Made by a program: the position numbers and the translations under genes. Under the pieces are notes generated by a model. That model had not been told where the DNA came from and did not search any database. It worked only from the letters and a program-made list of their open reading frames with translations. This document shows, in pieces, positions 48,133 through 57,598 of a stretch of 64,000 bases of DNA. The stretch comes from a phage, in sequence record PZ445134.1; one strand, written 5' to 3'. Position 1 is the first letter of the stretch; each line of letters opens with the position of its first letter.

Positions 48133-48360
48133 TCATTCTATTTCCTTTGCTGCAAATAAGGCAGCATCCAACGAATCAAATTGGTCAACGAAATCAATAT
48201 TCAATGCATCGTCATCCGTAGCATATAACCACCATTGTTTGAATTCGTATTCTAGAATAAATCCAGGACCTTCAATCTGAGGAAGACCTAGACTATTTGT
48301 ACTAACTTCATAACCAGCTAGACGCAGGTCATTAATCAAAGTTTCTGTTAATACGTTCAT
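48133..48360 (-). CDS. hypothetical acidic protein (75 aa)
   Basis: ORF track. Confidence 0.4.
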   Translation of the reverse strand: MNVLTETLINDLRLAGYEVSTNSLGLPQIEGPGFILEYEFKQWWLYATDDDALNIDFVDQFDSLDAALFAAKEIE

Positions 48361-48728
48361 TTTACCGCCTTAACAATTTTCAGGTCAACGAATTTTTTCT
48401 TACGTTGATTTTTCATACGACGGATAGTCTTTTCAGAGATTTCATGTTTCTGATAAGCTTTAGATTCAACACCAAATGCAGCAACGTCAAATTCAGAAAG
48501 AATATATTGTACTAGAATTTCACGAATAGAATTACGTCCAATTTTCTGGTCGTGTTTTTGCATGATTTCATAAAGACGGAATTCCCACGCGTCAAGAACT
48601 TGAGGAGTAACAATATTGCCGGATTCAAGAAGAGCAACAACTTTATCGAAAGCGAAAGAATTAACTACGTTTTTGATTTTAGTAGACATATTATTTTCCT
48701 CGGTTATTTTATTATCCAATGAGAGCAT
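48357..48728 (-). CDS. hypothetical protein (123 aa)
   Basis: ORF track. Confidence 0.45.
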   Translation of the reverse strand: MLSLDNKITEENNMSTKIKNVVNSFAFDKVVALLESGNIVTPQVLDAWEFRLYEIMQKHDQKIGRNSIREILVQYILSEFDVAAFGVESKAYQKHEISEKTIRRMKNQRKKKFVDLKIVKAVK

Positions 48729-48758
48729 TATACTCTGCTCTCAAGAGTTTGTAAATCG

Positions 48759-48971
48759 TTATCCGAACTTTTTAGCGCCTTTCCAGCCTTCGTACATAAC
48801 TGCACAAGTCAGTAATACAGCGTGCTGGCATTCTTTGTATTTGTAAATCCAGAACCAGCGTAAAAAGTCTTCATCCTCAACACCGTTGAGTTTCATGTTG
48901 GCAAAGAATTCGGCACGTTCTTCACGAAGTTGCCATGACACAATATTTTCAGGATTCATTTTGTGTTCCAC
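48759..48971 (-). CDS. hypothetical protein (70 aa)
   Basis: ORF track. Confidence 0.4.
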   Translation of the reverse strand: MEHKMNPENIVSWQLREERAEFFANMKLNGVEDEDFLRWFWIYKYKECQHAVLLTCAVMYEGWKGAKKFG

Positions 48972-49090
48972 GCCCCGTTTTCGTCGATGAACTTAATCCA
49001 GTCATTTACAGACCATTTAGTTGTGTCACCCTTTGGATTAACATTTAAAGTATATAATCCCTGCTTAAAAAGCATTCGTTTGATATTCAT
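48956..49090 (-). CDS. small ORF (~44 aa)
   Basis: ORF track 48956..49183; internal Met preceded by RBS GAGGAA. Confidence 0.3.
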   Translation of the reverse strand: MNIKRMLFKQGLYTLNVNPKGDTTKWSVNDWIKFIDENGAWNTK

Positions 49091-49097
49091 AATTTCC

Positions 49098-49391
49098 TCA
49101 ACTGTAACGATAACATTCGTTAGCTTTACGTTTGGCTTCAGTATGAGAAGTATTATAATCATAATCTTCTTTACTGTAAACATCTTTTTTCAACTTACGA
49201 ACTTCTTTGCGGAGTTGTCGATTCATTTCGTTCTTGACTTCAGAATCAACGCCTTTCATACGTTTCCATTTATCCGAGCGGAAAATGTTTTCAACCATGT
49301 CTTTGTGGCTAACACCGTCAGGAGCTTTACGTTTACCAAAATAGTCGTAATCACGAACTTTCAAATCTTTACGACGATACGTTTTACCCAT
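49098..49391 (-). CDS. hypothetical basic protein (~97 aa)
   Basis: ORF track 49098..49418; probable internal start. Confidence 0.4.
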   Translation of the reverse strand: MGKTYRRKDLKVRDYDYFGKRKAPDGVSHKDMVENIFRSDKWKRMKGVDSEVKNEMNRQLRKEVRKLKKDVYSKEDYDYNTSHTEAKRKANECYRYS

Positions 49392-49398
49392 AAGTACC

Positions 49399-49809
49399 TC
49401 AGAGGTTGATTGATACAATGCGTTTGATAAAATTCACTTCACTTACTGAAAGGTCTTTAAGACCGATTGATTCTAAACGCTGAGTAAGCGTCAACATCGG
49501 GATATAGTCCCAATGTGTTTTAGACGTTTGATAAGTACGGACGCCATTAGCAATTTCAACGTTCAAATCAGAAATGGTAATGAATACCAGACGTTCGTTG
49601 TTTACATTAAGAGTTAGAACAACTTTCTTCGAATTCAGACTAATCATTTTGTTTTCCTCTATAGTAGATGGTTTAATCTTAACACATCTATTGAGGATGT
49701 AAACTGTTTTATGAAAATATTTTCGATTTGAGAGGGGCACAAGGAGATAGTGAAGTGAAGATTCCAATTGGATTATATTAGAAATGAGATAAAGAAGACC
49801 AGGCGGCAC
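49399..49809 (-). CDS. hypothetical protein (136 aa)
   Basis: ORF track. Confidence 0.45.
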   Translation of the reverse strand: MPPGLLYLISNIIQLESSLHYLLVPLSNRKYFHKTVYILNRCVKIKPSTIEENKMISLNSKKVVLTLNVNNERLVFITISDLNVEIANGVRTYQTSKTHWDYIPMLTLTQRLESIGLKDLSVSEVNFIKRIVSINL

Positions 49810-49813
49810 CTGG

Positions 49814-50137
49814 TCAATCTTCTATGATATCAGAGTCATATCCTAATGAAATCAAGGACTTTTTAAACTCTGCAATATTCTTTTGTTTCTTATCATTTAA
49901 AAATATGACAGGATAACGAATATTAAGTGAAGTGAATCCTGCACGTTTAGCAAGAGATACGATTAAAGGACGGTCATATTCAATCTTACCATTATTAGTG
50001 AGGACTTTATAAAATGTATAAGGAGCATTGAGCTCCTTTAAAAGTTTTGTAACAGTATAACATCCTGGACAACGTCCTACTTCTTCAGGGATGCCATAGA
50101 TTTCAATCTTGTTCTTTAAGTTCGAGTTTTGTTCCAC
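49814..50137 (-). CDS. nrdH: glutaredoxin-like protein NrdH
   Basis: CPGCY redox motif; probable GTG start with RBS AAGGA; ORF-track N-terminal extension rejected. Confidence 0.55.
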   Translation of the reverse strand: MEQNSNLKNKIEIYGIPEEVGRCPGCYTVTKLLKELNAPYTFYKVLTNNGKIEYDRPLIVSLAKRAGFTSLNIRYPVIFLNDKKQKNIAEFKKSLISLGYDSDIIED

Positions 50138-50420
50138 GAGAAATAATTCCTTGGTAAGCCCAATAAGGAGGATTAACAGAATCCTCGCCAGAGTTTTCTT
50201 CAGGAAAATAAACCTGGATAACAAATCCAGATTCATCAAAGGTAAAATAAACTGTAGGTAATTCACCTAACAATTCAGCACGATTATTAATTTCTTCGAG
50301 TTCTCGTTCACATCCAGCCCAAAAACTAGGATTTAAACTACATTCGTAAAAATAATAGTCATTACCGAACATATCAAAACCATTCCAACTCTCAACCACA
50401 TACCGCTCAAAACTAATCAT
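50103..50420 (-). CDS. hypothetical acidic protein (105 aa)
   Basis: ORF track; overlaps nrdH start by ~35 nt. Confidence 0.45.
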   Translation of the reverse strand: MISFERYVVESWNGFDMFGNDYYFYECSLNPSFWAGCERELEEINNRAELLGELPTVYFTFDESGFVIQVYFPEENSGEDSVNPPYWAYQGIISRGTKLELKEQD

Positions 50421-50422
50421 AA

Positions 50423-50662
50423 TTAAGCCTTTTTATCAAGAACAGAATTCAGTTTATTAGTAATTTTGTCCAAACGTTCATTGAATTCGCTGGAGGATAA
50501 ACCCTTTTCAGGAGAAATTAAACTAATCACGAAAAATACAACAGTAAAAGGAATAAGAAAAATAGCTCCAACTGCCATAAACAAAAAGAACGTTACAGTT
50601 GTAAGAAAATCAGCTAAACCTTTACGAAATTTATACATATTTACCCTTAATTGATTAACCAA
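50423..50662 (-). CDS. membrane protein (79 aa)
   Basis: ORF track; one long hydrophobic segment. Confidence 0.45.
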   Translation of the reverse strand: MVNQLRVNMYKFRKGLADFLTTVTFFLFMAVGAIFLIPFTVVFFVISLISPEKGLSSSEFNERLDKITNKLNSVLDKKA

Positions 50663-50752
50663 ACATTGATAAACACTAAACTATATTGCGAATAAAATTC
50701 TGGACCAAAACGAAAAATCATATCATTTATAGTATCCATAGTGTAATTCAAT

Positions 50753-51223
50753 TTAATCATGTTTCCACACCCCGTCGGTATTTGTCCAAAGTCGCTGATT
50801 ATCTGATCCTCGCCACAGTTTTTTGGTCGGAAGATTTTTCTCATACTTCCCATCAATAATAACATCAACATATTTAAGCATTTCTAGTTGTTTAATATCT
50901 TCAAACTTATATCCTGTCCACAACCAAATGCTTTTATTGGGATAAAGTTTTTTTACTGTTTGAACAATGCAATGAACAACATCTTGGTTATCAGGATAGA
51001 GAGGGTCTCCTCCAGTTATAGTTAATCCTTCTATATAATCGTTATTCAAACATTCAATTAATTGTTCCAGCGTTTCACCGGTGAATGGGATACCATTTCT
51101 AGCGTTCCATGTTGATTTATTATAACACCCCTCGCATTTATGCAAACAACCTGTAACGAAAAGAACGACCCTGCAACCGGGGCCATTCACAAAATCGCAA
51201 GGATAAAATCTATCATAATTCAT
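50753..51223 (-). CDS. nrdG: anaerobic ribonucleotide reductase activating protein (radical SAM)
   Basis: 156 aa; C-x3-C-x2-C (CLHKCEGC); 4-nt overlap with nrdD stop. Confidence 0.85.
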   Translation of the reverse strand: MNYDRFYPCDFVNGPGCRVVLFVTGCLHKCEGCYNKSTWNARNGIPFTGETLEQLIECLNNDYIEGLTITGGDPLYPDNQDVVHCIVQTVKKLYPNKSIWLWTGYKFEDIKQLEMLKYVDVIIDGKYEKNLPTKKLWRGSDNQRLWTNTDGVWKHD

Positions 51224-52518
51224 TGGTGTTTAACCCTATGCATGATTTCTTTATTTTTGCCGAGATTAAATCCGCGTTCGTTCGGATTTCCAAGATAACC
51301 GCATGTTCTTCTTATTGTGTTCATCTTTTTAGGATCAGTTTCTCCGCAAACTGAACAAACAAATCCGTTTTCAGTAGGAGTCATTTCATGAGTACTTCCA
51401 CATGTAAAACATTTATCTACTGGCATATTAACACCAAAATAATCTAAATGTTGTGCAGCATAATCCCATACAGCCTCAAGACCTTTTAGGTTATTTTTCA
51501 TATCAGGAAGTTCAACATAAGAAATGTGACCACCAGTCGCAATGAAATGATATGGCGCTTCACGAGAAATCTTTTCAAACGGAGTAATATTTTCTTCTAC
51601 TGAAACGTGGAAACTATTAGTGTACCAGCCTTTATCAGTAACATCTTTTACACTTCCATATTTTTCGGTATCAAGTTTACAGAAGCGATAGCACAGGTTT
51701 TCAGCAGGAGTAGAATACAAGCTAAAAGCAAAACCGGTTCTTTCAGTCCACTGCTTAAGACGAGCATTCATTTTAGTCAAAATTTCCTGTCCAATATCAC
51801 GTCCGACAAGAATATTCAATTCGTGAATACCAATGTATCCTAAAGACACTGAACTTCTGCCGTTTTTAAATAACTCAATTATATCATCATCAGGTTTAAG
51901 ACGAACCCCAAATGCACCTTCTTGGTAAAGAATAGGAGCAACAGTAGCTTTAACTCCTTTTAAGGAACTAATTCTACACATCAAAGCTTCAAAACACAGA
52001 TCCATTCGTTCATTAAATAGCTCAACAAATTTCTGTTCATTGAATTGTGTTCCAATATAAGAATCTAACGCAATACGAGGAAGATTCAGTGTTACAACAC
52101 CAAGATTATTACGCCCATCAAGAATTTCATTACCAGTCGAATCTTTCCATACGCTCAAAAAACTACGGCAACCCATTGGAGAAACAGGAACAGATGAACC
52201 GGTGATAGCTTTATTATTCTTAACTGAAATAATATCAGGATACATTCTTTTGCTTGCACATTCTAACGCAAGCTGCTTAATATCATAGTTCGGGTCGTCT
52301 TTATAAAGATTAACACCCTCTTCAACGAACATAACAAGTTTAGGGAAAATAGGAGTTATCCCATCGCGACCAAGACCTTTAATACGATTTTTCAGAATTG
52401 CTTTCTGAATCATTCGTTCAGTCCAGTCAGTTCCCGTGCCAAATGTAATGGTTACAAAAGGCGTTTGTCCGTTTGAACTGAAAAGTGTATTTACTTCATC
52501 ATTATATTCAGCATGAGT
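51220..52518 (-). CDS. nrdD: anaerobic ribonucleotide reductase NrdD, exon 2
   Basis: glycyl radical motif RRTCGYLG and C-terminal Zn ribbon CFTCGS...CSVCG; 5' boundary inferred from frame plus terminal intron G. Confidence 0.75.
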   Translation of the reverse strand, partial: THAEYNDEVNTLFSSNGQTPFVTITFGTGTDWTERMIQKAILKNRIKGLGRDGITPIFPKLVMFVEEGVNLYKDDPNYDIKQLALECASKRMYPDIISVKNNKAITGSSVPVSPMGCRSFLSVWKDSTGNEILDGRNNLGVVTLNLPRIALDSYIGTQFNEQKFVELFNERMDLCFEALMCRISSLKGVKATVAPILYQEGAFGVRLKPDDDIIELFKNGRSSVSLGYIGIHELNILVGRDIGQEILTKMNARLKQWTERTGFAFSLYSTPAENLCYRFCKLDTEKYGSVKDVTDKGWYTNSFHVSVEENITPFEKISREAPYHFIATGGHISYVELPDMKNNLKGLEAVWDYAAQHLDYFGVNMPVDKCFTCGSTHEMTPTENGFVCSVCGETDPKKMNTIRRTCGYLGNPNERGFNLGKNKEIMHRVKHQ

Positions 52519-52525
52519 CGCAAAT

Positions 52526-53296
52526 TCATGCCCGTTTATATGAAACAACAAAATTTGGATAGTCCATAGATATGCAACGTTCTTTTATAGTGCTAGGATG
52601 AAAATTTAGCGCTTTAGCTGCTTCTATATAAGACGTATACTTAATACCGTCAACAACCACATATTCAGGAACTTTATGAATAGTAGTCTTAATACTCAAA
52701 ACAAGAGGATGAGTTTCGACTTCACTTTCAGTGCAATTTAAATATTCCGCTGCTTTTTTAAAACTTCTAAAAGTTTTATTTTTAAGCTTTATCGATACTT
52801 GTTTTTTACTTTTTCGACTATTGATATTATTTTGCACATGTTCCTTAGATCTTCTGTTTTTAGCATAATATTCAGCCACAGAAGATTTTATATTGTTTTT
52901 ATGAGATTCGGATAACACTTTACCCTTATGAGCATCTCTTAATTTTTGAATATGTTCTTCAGTATCCGGATGCTTATAAAACTTTTTACCGCCTATGGAT
53001 TTATTTAAACATTTTTTGCTATAAAAATATTTACGTATGACCTCTTCTTCATGTTTTAATGCATCTTTATAACTATCAAATGTTTTTAAAATTATCCATT
53101 TAGTAGGTGTATCAGTTTTTAAGCGTTCATTTATATACTTAGATGACGTTGTGTAAGTTTTCCAGTTTGTGGGCTTGTTTTTAATTGTTCTAAATTTTTT
53201 ATAACCGATATAAATGTCGCCATTAGAAAACTTAACTAAGTATGTAAATGCGTCTTTATCTTTTATTTTAGTACAACGTCTTTTTATCCATTTCAT
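52526..53296 (-). CDS. GIY-YIG homing endonuclease (I-TevII-like)
   Basis: 256 aa; N-terminal YLVKFSNGDIYIGY GIY-YIG-type motif; Lys-rich C-terminal DNA-binding region; inside nrdD intron. Confidence 0.7.
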   Translation of the reverse strand: MKWIKRRCTKIKDKDAFTYLVKFSNGDIYIGYKKFRTIKNKPTNWKTYTTSSKYINERLKTDTPTKWIILKTFDSYKDALKHEEEVIRKYFYSKKCLNKSIGGKKFYKHPDTEEHIQKLRDAHKGKVLSESHKNNIKSSVAEYYAKNRRSKEHVQNNINSRKSKKQVSIKLKNKTFRSFKKAAEYLNCTESEVETHPLVLSIKTTIHKVPEYVVVDGIKYTSYIEAAKALNFHPSTIKERCISMDYPNFVVSYKRA

Positions 53297-53325
53297 TGTT
53301 TCACCTCGTATTCATAAGATAATCT

Positions 53326-53333
53326 TATTTATA
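53326..53333 (-). promoter_or_regulatory. late promoter TATAAATA upstream of intron endonuclease ORF
   Basis: minus strand TGTATAAATAAGATTATCTTATGAATACGAGGTGAAACAATG. Confidence 0.45.
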
Positions 53334-53539
53334 CAAGATGACTGCTGCATGTCGCCATGCAGATTAGACTATATCTTCATCTTTCGATGCCGGCCGTTTC
53401 GAATAGCATTAGCTTCTATTCTACACCGCTACATTCATCACGGTTAGTCGTTAGGCATTTAGTTCAAAAGAACATTTAGCACGGGATTGTCTACTAGAGA
53501 GGTTCCCCGTTTAGACCGGTTTTACATGAGCCTGAATTA

Positions 53540-54082
53540 AATTAACTCATACGCCTGGAATGCATCATATACGTCTTTTTCTGTTTTAGATTGGGCATAA
53601 TTCAACGCATCAGCGATTTGCCATTTTTCTGCATCCTCAATATGTTTTGCATAGGTGCGTTTAACATAAGGAGAAAGTACTTTGTCTACATTAGCAAAAG
53701 TCGTTCCGCCGTATTGATGGGAAGCAACCTGTGCGGTAATTTGTGCCATAATTGCAGTAGCAACACCAATCGATTTAGGCGTTTCAATTTGAGCATTGCC
53801 TAATTTAAATCCATTCTCAAGCATCCCCTTTAAATCGACTAAACAGCAATTAGTAAACGGAAGAGCAGGAGAATAATCAATATCATGCATGTGAATGATT
53901 CCGCTTTCATGCGCATGCATAATAAAAGACGGGACCATATTTTTGGCAATGTGCTTAGACACAATACCAGCCATAAGGTCCCGTTGAGTTGGAAAAACAC
54001 GAGAATCTTTATTAGCATTCTCGTTCAAAAGATCTTTATTAGTTTTATGAATTAATCCTTCAATTTCTTTTTCAATTTTCAT
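53540..54082 (-). CDS. nrdD: anaerobic ribonucleotide reductase NrdD, exon 1
   Basis: 181 aa N-terminal part; ORF terminates at a stop that is the first codon of the intron. Confidence 0.75.
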
Positions 54083-54552
54083 TTTAAACTCTTTCTAAGC
54101 TGCTTTTTGAATGAAGCTATTAATTGTGTTTTGGTATCAGATTCATTATATTCAAATCCTCTTTGAAGCATCTCGGCCATCATTTCCTCTTTACCTAGTC
54201 TTGAGAACTCTTTAGTTTTGTCTGGAACAAAATTAGGATGGATATTATTATCAGAATAATCTTGTTTCAAATAAGCGAGAAGAGCTTCAAGCCATTCGAG
54301 GTAGTCGACATCACGTCCTTTAAGACCGGAACGGTTGAACTTATGCTTCATTTGACCTTCTGCTGCGTTGCACAGATTACAGAGTAATCCACGAACTCTA
54401 CCGGCTTTTGGCCCGTTTAATTCATGGTCGTGGTCAAGATGGTTACCTTGAACATCAGGGTCTAATTCACGGTGGCAAATAGGACACTTACCGTTCTGTG
54501 CATCATAAAATTTTTGTTTTTCTTCTTTATATTTTGCGCCTGATAATAACAT
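54079..54552 (-). CDS. 49: endonuclease VII (Holliday junction resolvase)
   Basis: 157 aa as T4 endo VII; CPIC ... HLDHDH ... CNLCN zinc/H-N-H-like motifs. Confidence 0.85.
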   Translation of the reverse strand: MLLSGAKYKEEKQKFYDAQNGKCPICHRELDPDVQGNHLDHDHELNGPKAGRVRGLLCNLCNAAEGQMKHKFNRSGLKGRDVDYLEWLEALLAYLKQDYSDNNIHPNFVPDKTKEFSRLGKEEMMAEMLQRGFEYNESDTKTQLIASFKKQLRKSLK

Positions 54553-54561
54553 GATAAACCC

Positions 54562-54586
54562 TTACCTTAAATAGATAAGGGTATTT
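54562..54586 (-). terminator. possible hairpin terminator (ACCCUUA ... UAAGGGU)
   Basis: 7-bp stem with 11-nt loop, weak U-tract; between upstream ORF and gene 49. Confidence 0.3.
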
Positions 54587-54587
54587 A

Positions 54588-55013
54588 TTAACTTAAACGT
54601 CTTTCTAAATATTCAATGTATTCTGCGGCTGCTTGCATCAGGTTACCTTCATAGCCGTCGTTATTTTCTTGTCCAGCTAATTTAGCTAATGCATAAGAAA
54701 TTCGTTCACCTTCGAATTCACCAAGTTTACTACCTAGCACATCCGCAATATCAGCCGAATCAATTTCTTCGAGTTCATCTATTGAATGGGATTCCCAGAA
54801 GCACCAAAGAGAAGTATCACGGTCATAGATGCAAAGTTTCTCACCTGTGTTCAACATCACTTCGATAATGCCATGGCCGCCATAACCATCTTCGGTAGTA
54901 GTACCAATTACCTTGATGATTGTTCCTTTCTTTAATTCAGGAAACTTGTCTTGTAGTTCTTCATCTTCTTTAACAATCTTGAACCATTTACCGCGAGTTT
55001 CAGAAATATTCAT
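54588..55013 (-). CDS. hypothetical acidic protein (141 aa)
   Basis: ORF track. Confidence 0.45.
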   Translation of the reverse strand: MNISETRGKWFKIVKEDEELQDKFPELKKGTIIKVIGTTTEDGYGGHGIIEVMLNTGEKLCIYDRDTSLWCFWESHSIDELEEIDSADIADVLGSKLGEFEGERISYALAKLAGQENNDGYEGNLMQAAAEYIEYLERRLS

Positions 55014-55014
55014 A

Positions 55015-55212
55015 TCAATATCCTCTATAAAAGTTGCGATGCGTGCGTTTCGCTTTGCGAAGCTGACGTTTAGTTGGTCGAACCGTAAATGGTCGTCCGG
55101 AGAAAAAATTTGGTTCGGTTTTAATCAACACATACCAATCGTGTTCGCCACTTTTTAATAAACGGTACAATAATTTAACTTGCATAATAATCTCTTCCCA
55201 TTTCCAAATCAA
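55015..55212 (-). CDS. hypothetical basic protein (65 aa)
   Basis: ORF track. Confidence 0.35.
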   Translation of the reverse strand: MIWKWEEIIMQVKLLYRLLKSGEHDWYVLIKTEPNFFSGRPFTVRPTKRQLRKAKRTHRNFYRGY

Positions 55213-55313
55213 TCATATCGTTTACTGTAGGTTCATCATAACACGTTTCTTCGTCGTTGTAAACTGTTTCGACGTCTGGCTCGACAGTTTCCCATCGAGC
55301 CGAATACCATGGT

Positions 55314-55649
55314 TTAACCCCGGAGTTTATTGAGCTCTTCATAATCAATCCAGGATTCTAGCCCTGACGGCAGGTCACATTCAATGTTCCACAGAAGCTC
55401 TTCGATGGCTTGTAGGCGATTATATTCTTCAACAGTAATAGTAACCATTGTTTCAGGCTTTTTAACCATCATGTCATTCATCAGAATGTACAGGTCTTCA
55501 CAAACAGCCGGGTCGTCCCATGTCCATATTTCAGCATCTCGAACCAATGAAGTCGGAATCGAATTTAAAACTTCAAGCTTAGTAGGAGCGTCAGGGCCGA
55601 GAAGAGTTGCTACAAATTTATACGCTCTGGCGAAATCAATATCATTCAT
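55314..55649 (-). CDS. hypothetical protein (111 aa)
   Basis: ORF track. Confidence 0.45.
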   Translation of the reverse strand: MNDIDFARAYKFVATLLGPDAPTKLEVLNSIPTSLVRDAEIWTWDDPAVCEDLYILMNDMMVKKPETMVTITVEEYNRLQAIEELLWNIECDLPSGLESWIDYEELNKLRG

Positions 55650-55909
55650 TTAAAATATTCTCGCAGTTGGTCGAATCCACCAATGTGACTTCCGTCAGGA
55701 GCAAACACTTGAGGCATAGTCAATCCGACTTGTGATTCACGTCCAAGCTTAACCAGAAGCTCAGCAATTTTCTCATCATCAAAAACACCTTTTTCTGGCA
55801 TAACATTAATGAATTCAAATGGCTGTTTCTTAACAGTCAGCAATCGTTTCGCATTATCGCAATAAATGCATTTATGAATAGTAGAGTCATACCCGTACAC
55901 TTTAAACAT
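55646..55909 (-). CDS. nrdC: glutaredoxin/thioredoxin NrdC
   Basis: ORF track 55646..55927; start at MFKVYGYDS gives 87 aa; CIYC active site; matches T4 NrdC as recalled. Confidence 0.8.
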   Translation of the reverse strand: MFKVYGYDSTIHKCIYCDNAKRLLTVKKQPFEFINVMPEKGVFDDEKIAELLVKLGRESQVGLTMPQVFAPDGSHIGGFDQLREYFK

Positions 55910-56315
55910 TATTTTTCCTTTCATCAATTAAATATGCAATGCCAAATACAATACATGTAATAAAACCTGTGATACAGATAGAAACCAACAACACTGTACC
56001 AAAGAACCAAATCAAGTTATCTTTAGTAGTTTGTTTGATATCCATCTCACGAATTTCTATAGCTATCGTATCACCTTTATTAAGAAGCGTATAAAACGAT
56101 GGTGATACATGCCTGTCAAAAACTCGACCTTGTTCATCTTTATAAACTGCAATAAATTCCAGTTTAGAATATTTTCCTGTAGATTGACCTGAAATTAATT
56201 CCACTACCTCCACAGGAATTACTTTAGTTTCCATGTAAGTATTCTGGCTGTTCCAAATGAATGGAATGATGGCAAAAACTAAAGCTGTAATAAAACAACG
56301 AAGGCTATATCTCAT
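55902..56315 (-). CDS. membrane protein (137 aa)
   Basis: ORF track; N- and C-terminal hydrophobic segments. Confidence 0.45.
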   Translation of the reverse strand: MRYSLRCFITALVFAIIPFIWNSQNTYMETKVIPVEVVELISGQSTGKYSKLEFIAVYKDEQGRVFDRHVSPSFYTLLNKGDTIAIEIREMDIKQTTKDNLIWFFGTVLLVSICITGFITCIVFGIAYLIDERKNNV

Positions 56316-56620
56316 TATAATGTTCTCTCAAATTTGTGGAAGCATTTACGGCATTTCAATTTCAAGTTATCAGTGGTCCAGTTAACCAGTTGGACTTGGA
56401 TAGTTCCACATTCCGGACATGGATGTTTTGCTGCCGATTTGGCAGCATTTTCACGTCGTTCAACCATTTTCATTATTTCGTTCCATGCCGGAGGAACGAA
56501 CTCTTCTTCACCGTGGATTTTATCTCGCTGAACAAATTCAATCTTTGAACTATCGTCGATAAACTTAACCAAGCTGTGATTAGTGCTCATGTCAATATCC
56601 TCTAAAAGACGTAGTTTCAT
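56315..56620 (-). CDS. zinc-ribbon protein (101 aa)
   Basis: CPECG ... CRKC four-Cys arrangement. Confidence 0.45.
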   Translation of the reverse strand: MKLRLLEDIDMSTNHSLVKFIDDSSKIEFVQRDKIHGEEEFVPPAWNEIMKMVERRENAAKSAAKHPCPECGTIQVQLVNWTTDNLKLKCRKCFHKFERTL

Positions 56621-57570
56621 TATAAAACCTCAATGGCATTTCGTAAACCATCCGCTTTCGCATTCAGAGCTTTTAACGATTTAGTTTTTTCTGCAATCTG
56701 GGCTTCGACTTCTTTCAGTCGAGATTTGAGATATTCGCGTTCTTCTCTTAAATTATCAACTTTTTCTACTTTAGGTTCTTTAATAGGCTTAGGTTTATAC
56801 GTATTAGGGTTCTTCAGTTTAATTAGAATGTGTGAACTGTACAGCATTGAACCATTATCTTCGGTTTCGTCATACATTTCCACTACGTCCATCATCTCCA
56901 CCATCGTGCAGAGTTTATAAGACAACGAACGAATAGTTTTGTTGTGCTTATTAATTTCTTTAGAGTTCATGGTGCCTAGATTACGCGAGTAGTAATAAGG
57001 AACCTGGATATCAATTGTCAATGATGCGTTACCATTACCAGTTGGTTTGAATACTGCAGTAACCCAATCTTTAACATGAACTTTATTTGTACGACCATCG
57101 CCACCTGTGAATAATTTACGAGAATGTTTAAAAAGCATATTCACTTGGTTATTGAATTCACAAGCAAATTTATCAGCAAATTTAGTTTCAGGAATGGTAG
57201 ATAACCAATCAGCCAAGTAGGTCTTTTTAACATCGTTAACAATAGTAAATTCAACCAAATCGGTTATAGATGTCGCAGTTTTAATGAAGCTCGGCTTCAT
57301 AAAGTTTTTAATGTTATCGCGAGCTATAGTAGAAGATAATAAACGAGAACGTTTGAACCATTGAAGCAGTGTCCCTAATGAATGAGAATACGCATTCTGA
57401 GTATCTTTACAGATATGATTTTCTTGGCCTGTGTATGTACCAAAATCGCGAAGAATACCGCTTACTACAACTCGGTGTGGAACATCAAATCCTAATGAAC
57501 CAGAAGCACGTTGGGCATGAACGTTAGCGATAAGACCTGCAAAATAATCAACGTAATGTGAACGTGTCAT
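56620..57570 (-). CDS. hypothetical protein with C-terminal coiled coil (316 aa)
   Basis: ORF track; heptad-like C-terminus; promoter cassette upstream. Confidence 0.5.
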   Translation of the reverse strand: MTRSHYVDYFAGLIANVHAQRASGSLGFDVPHRVVVSGILRDFGTYTGQENHICKDTQNAYSHSLGTLLQWFKRSRLLSSTIARDNIKNFMKPSFIKTATSITDLVEFTIVNDVKKTYLADWLSTIPETKFADKFACEFNNQVNMLFKHSRKLFTGGDGRTNKVHVKDWVTAVFKPTGNGNASLTIDIQVPYYYSRNLGTMNSKEINKHNKTIRSLSYKLCTMVEMMDVVEMYDETEDNGSMLYSSHILIKLKNPNTYKPKPIKEPKVEKVDNLREEREYLKSRLKEVEAQIAEKTKSLKALNAKADGLRNAIEVL

Positions 57571-57598
57571 AATATTTTCCTCTCGTTAAGATAGATTC

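Larger units (their letters stand above)
52519..53539 (-). mobile_element. group I intron in nrdD (~1021 nt) carrying a homing endonuclease ORF
   Basis: 5' region UAAUUCAGGCUCAUG...CUAAACGGGGAACCUCUCUAGUAGACAAUCCCGUGCUAAAU and ...GAUAUAGUCUAAUCUGCAUGGCGACAUGCAGC closely resemble the T4 td intron core as recalled; in-frame stop right after exon 1. Confidence 0.65.

Noticed and set aside
49814-50266. 150-aa ORF-track version of nrdH with a 45-residue hydrophobic N-terminal extension
   Set aside because: The extension overlaps the upstream 105-aa gene in another frame; the glutaredoxin domain begins near KIEIYG and a GTG with an RBS gives a normal-length NrdH
50647-50871. 74-aa ORF overlapping the 3' end of nrdG
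   Set aside because: Overlaps nrdG by ~120 nt in another frame; only ~30 codons lie in the intergenic gap; no support for a real gene
51220-52551. Treating the 443-aa ORF (TTG start at 52551) as an independent gene
   Set aside because: It is the downstream exon of nrdD; the apparent start is an artefact of reading into the intron 3' end
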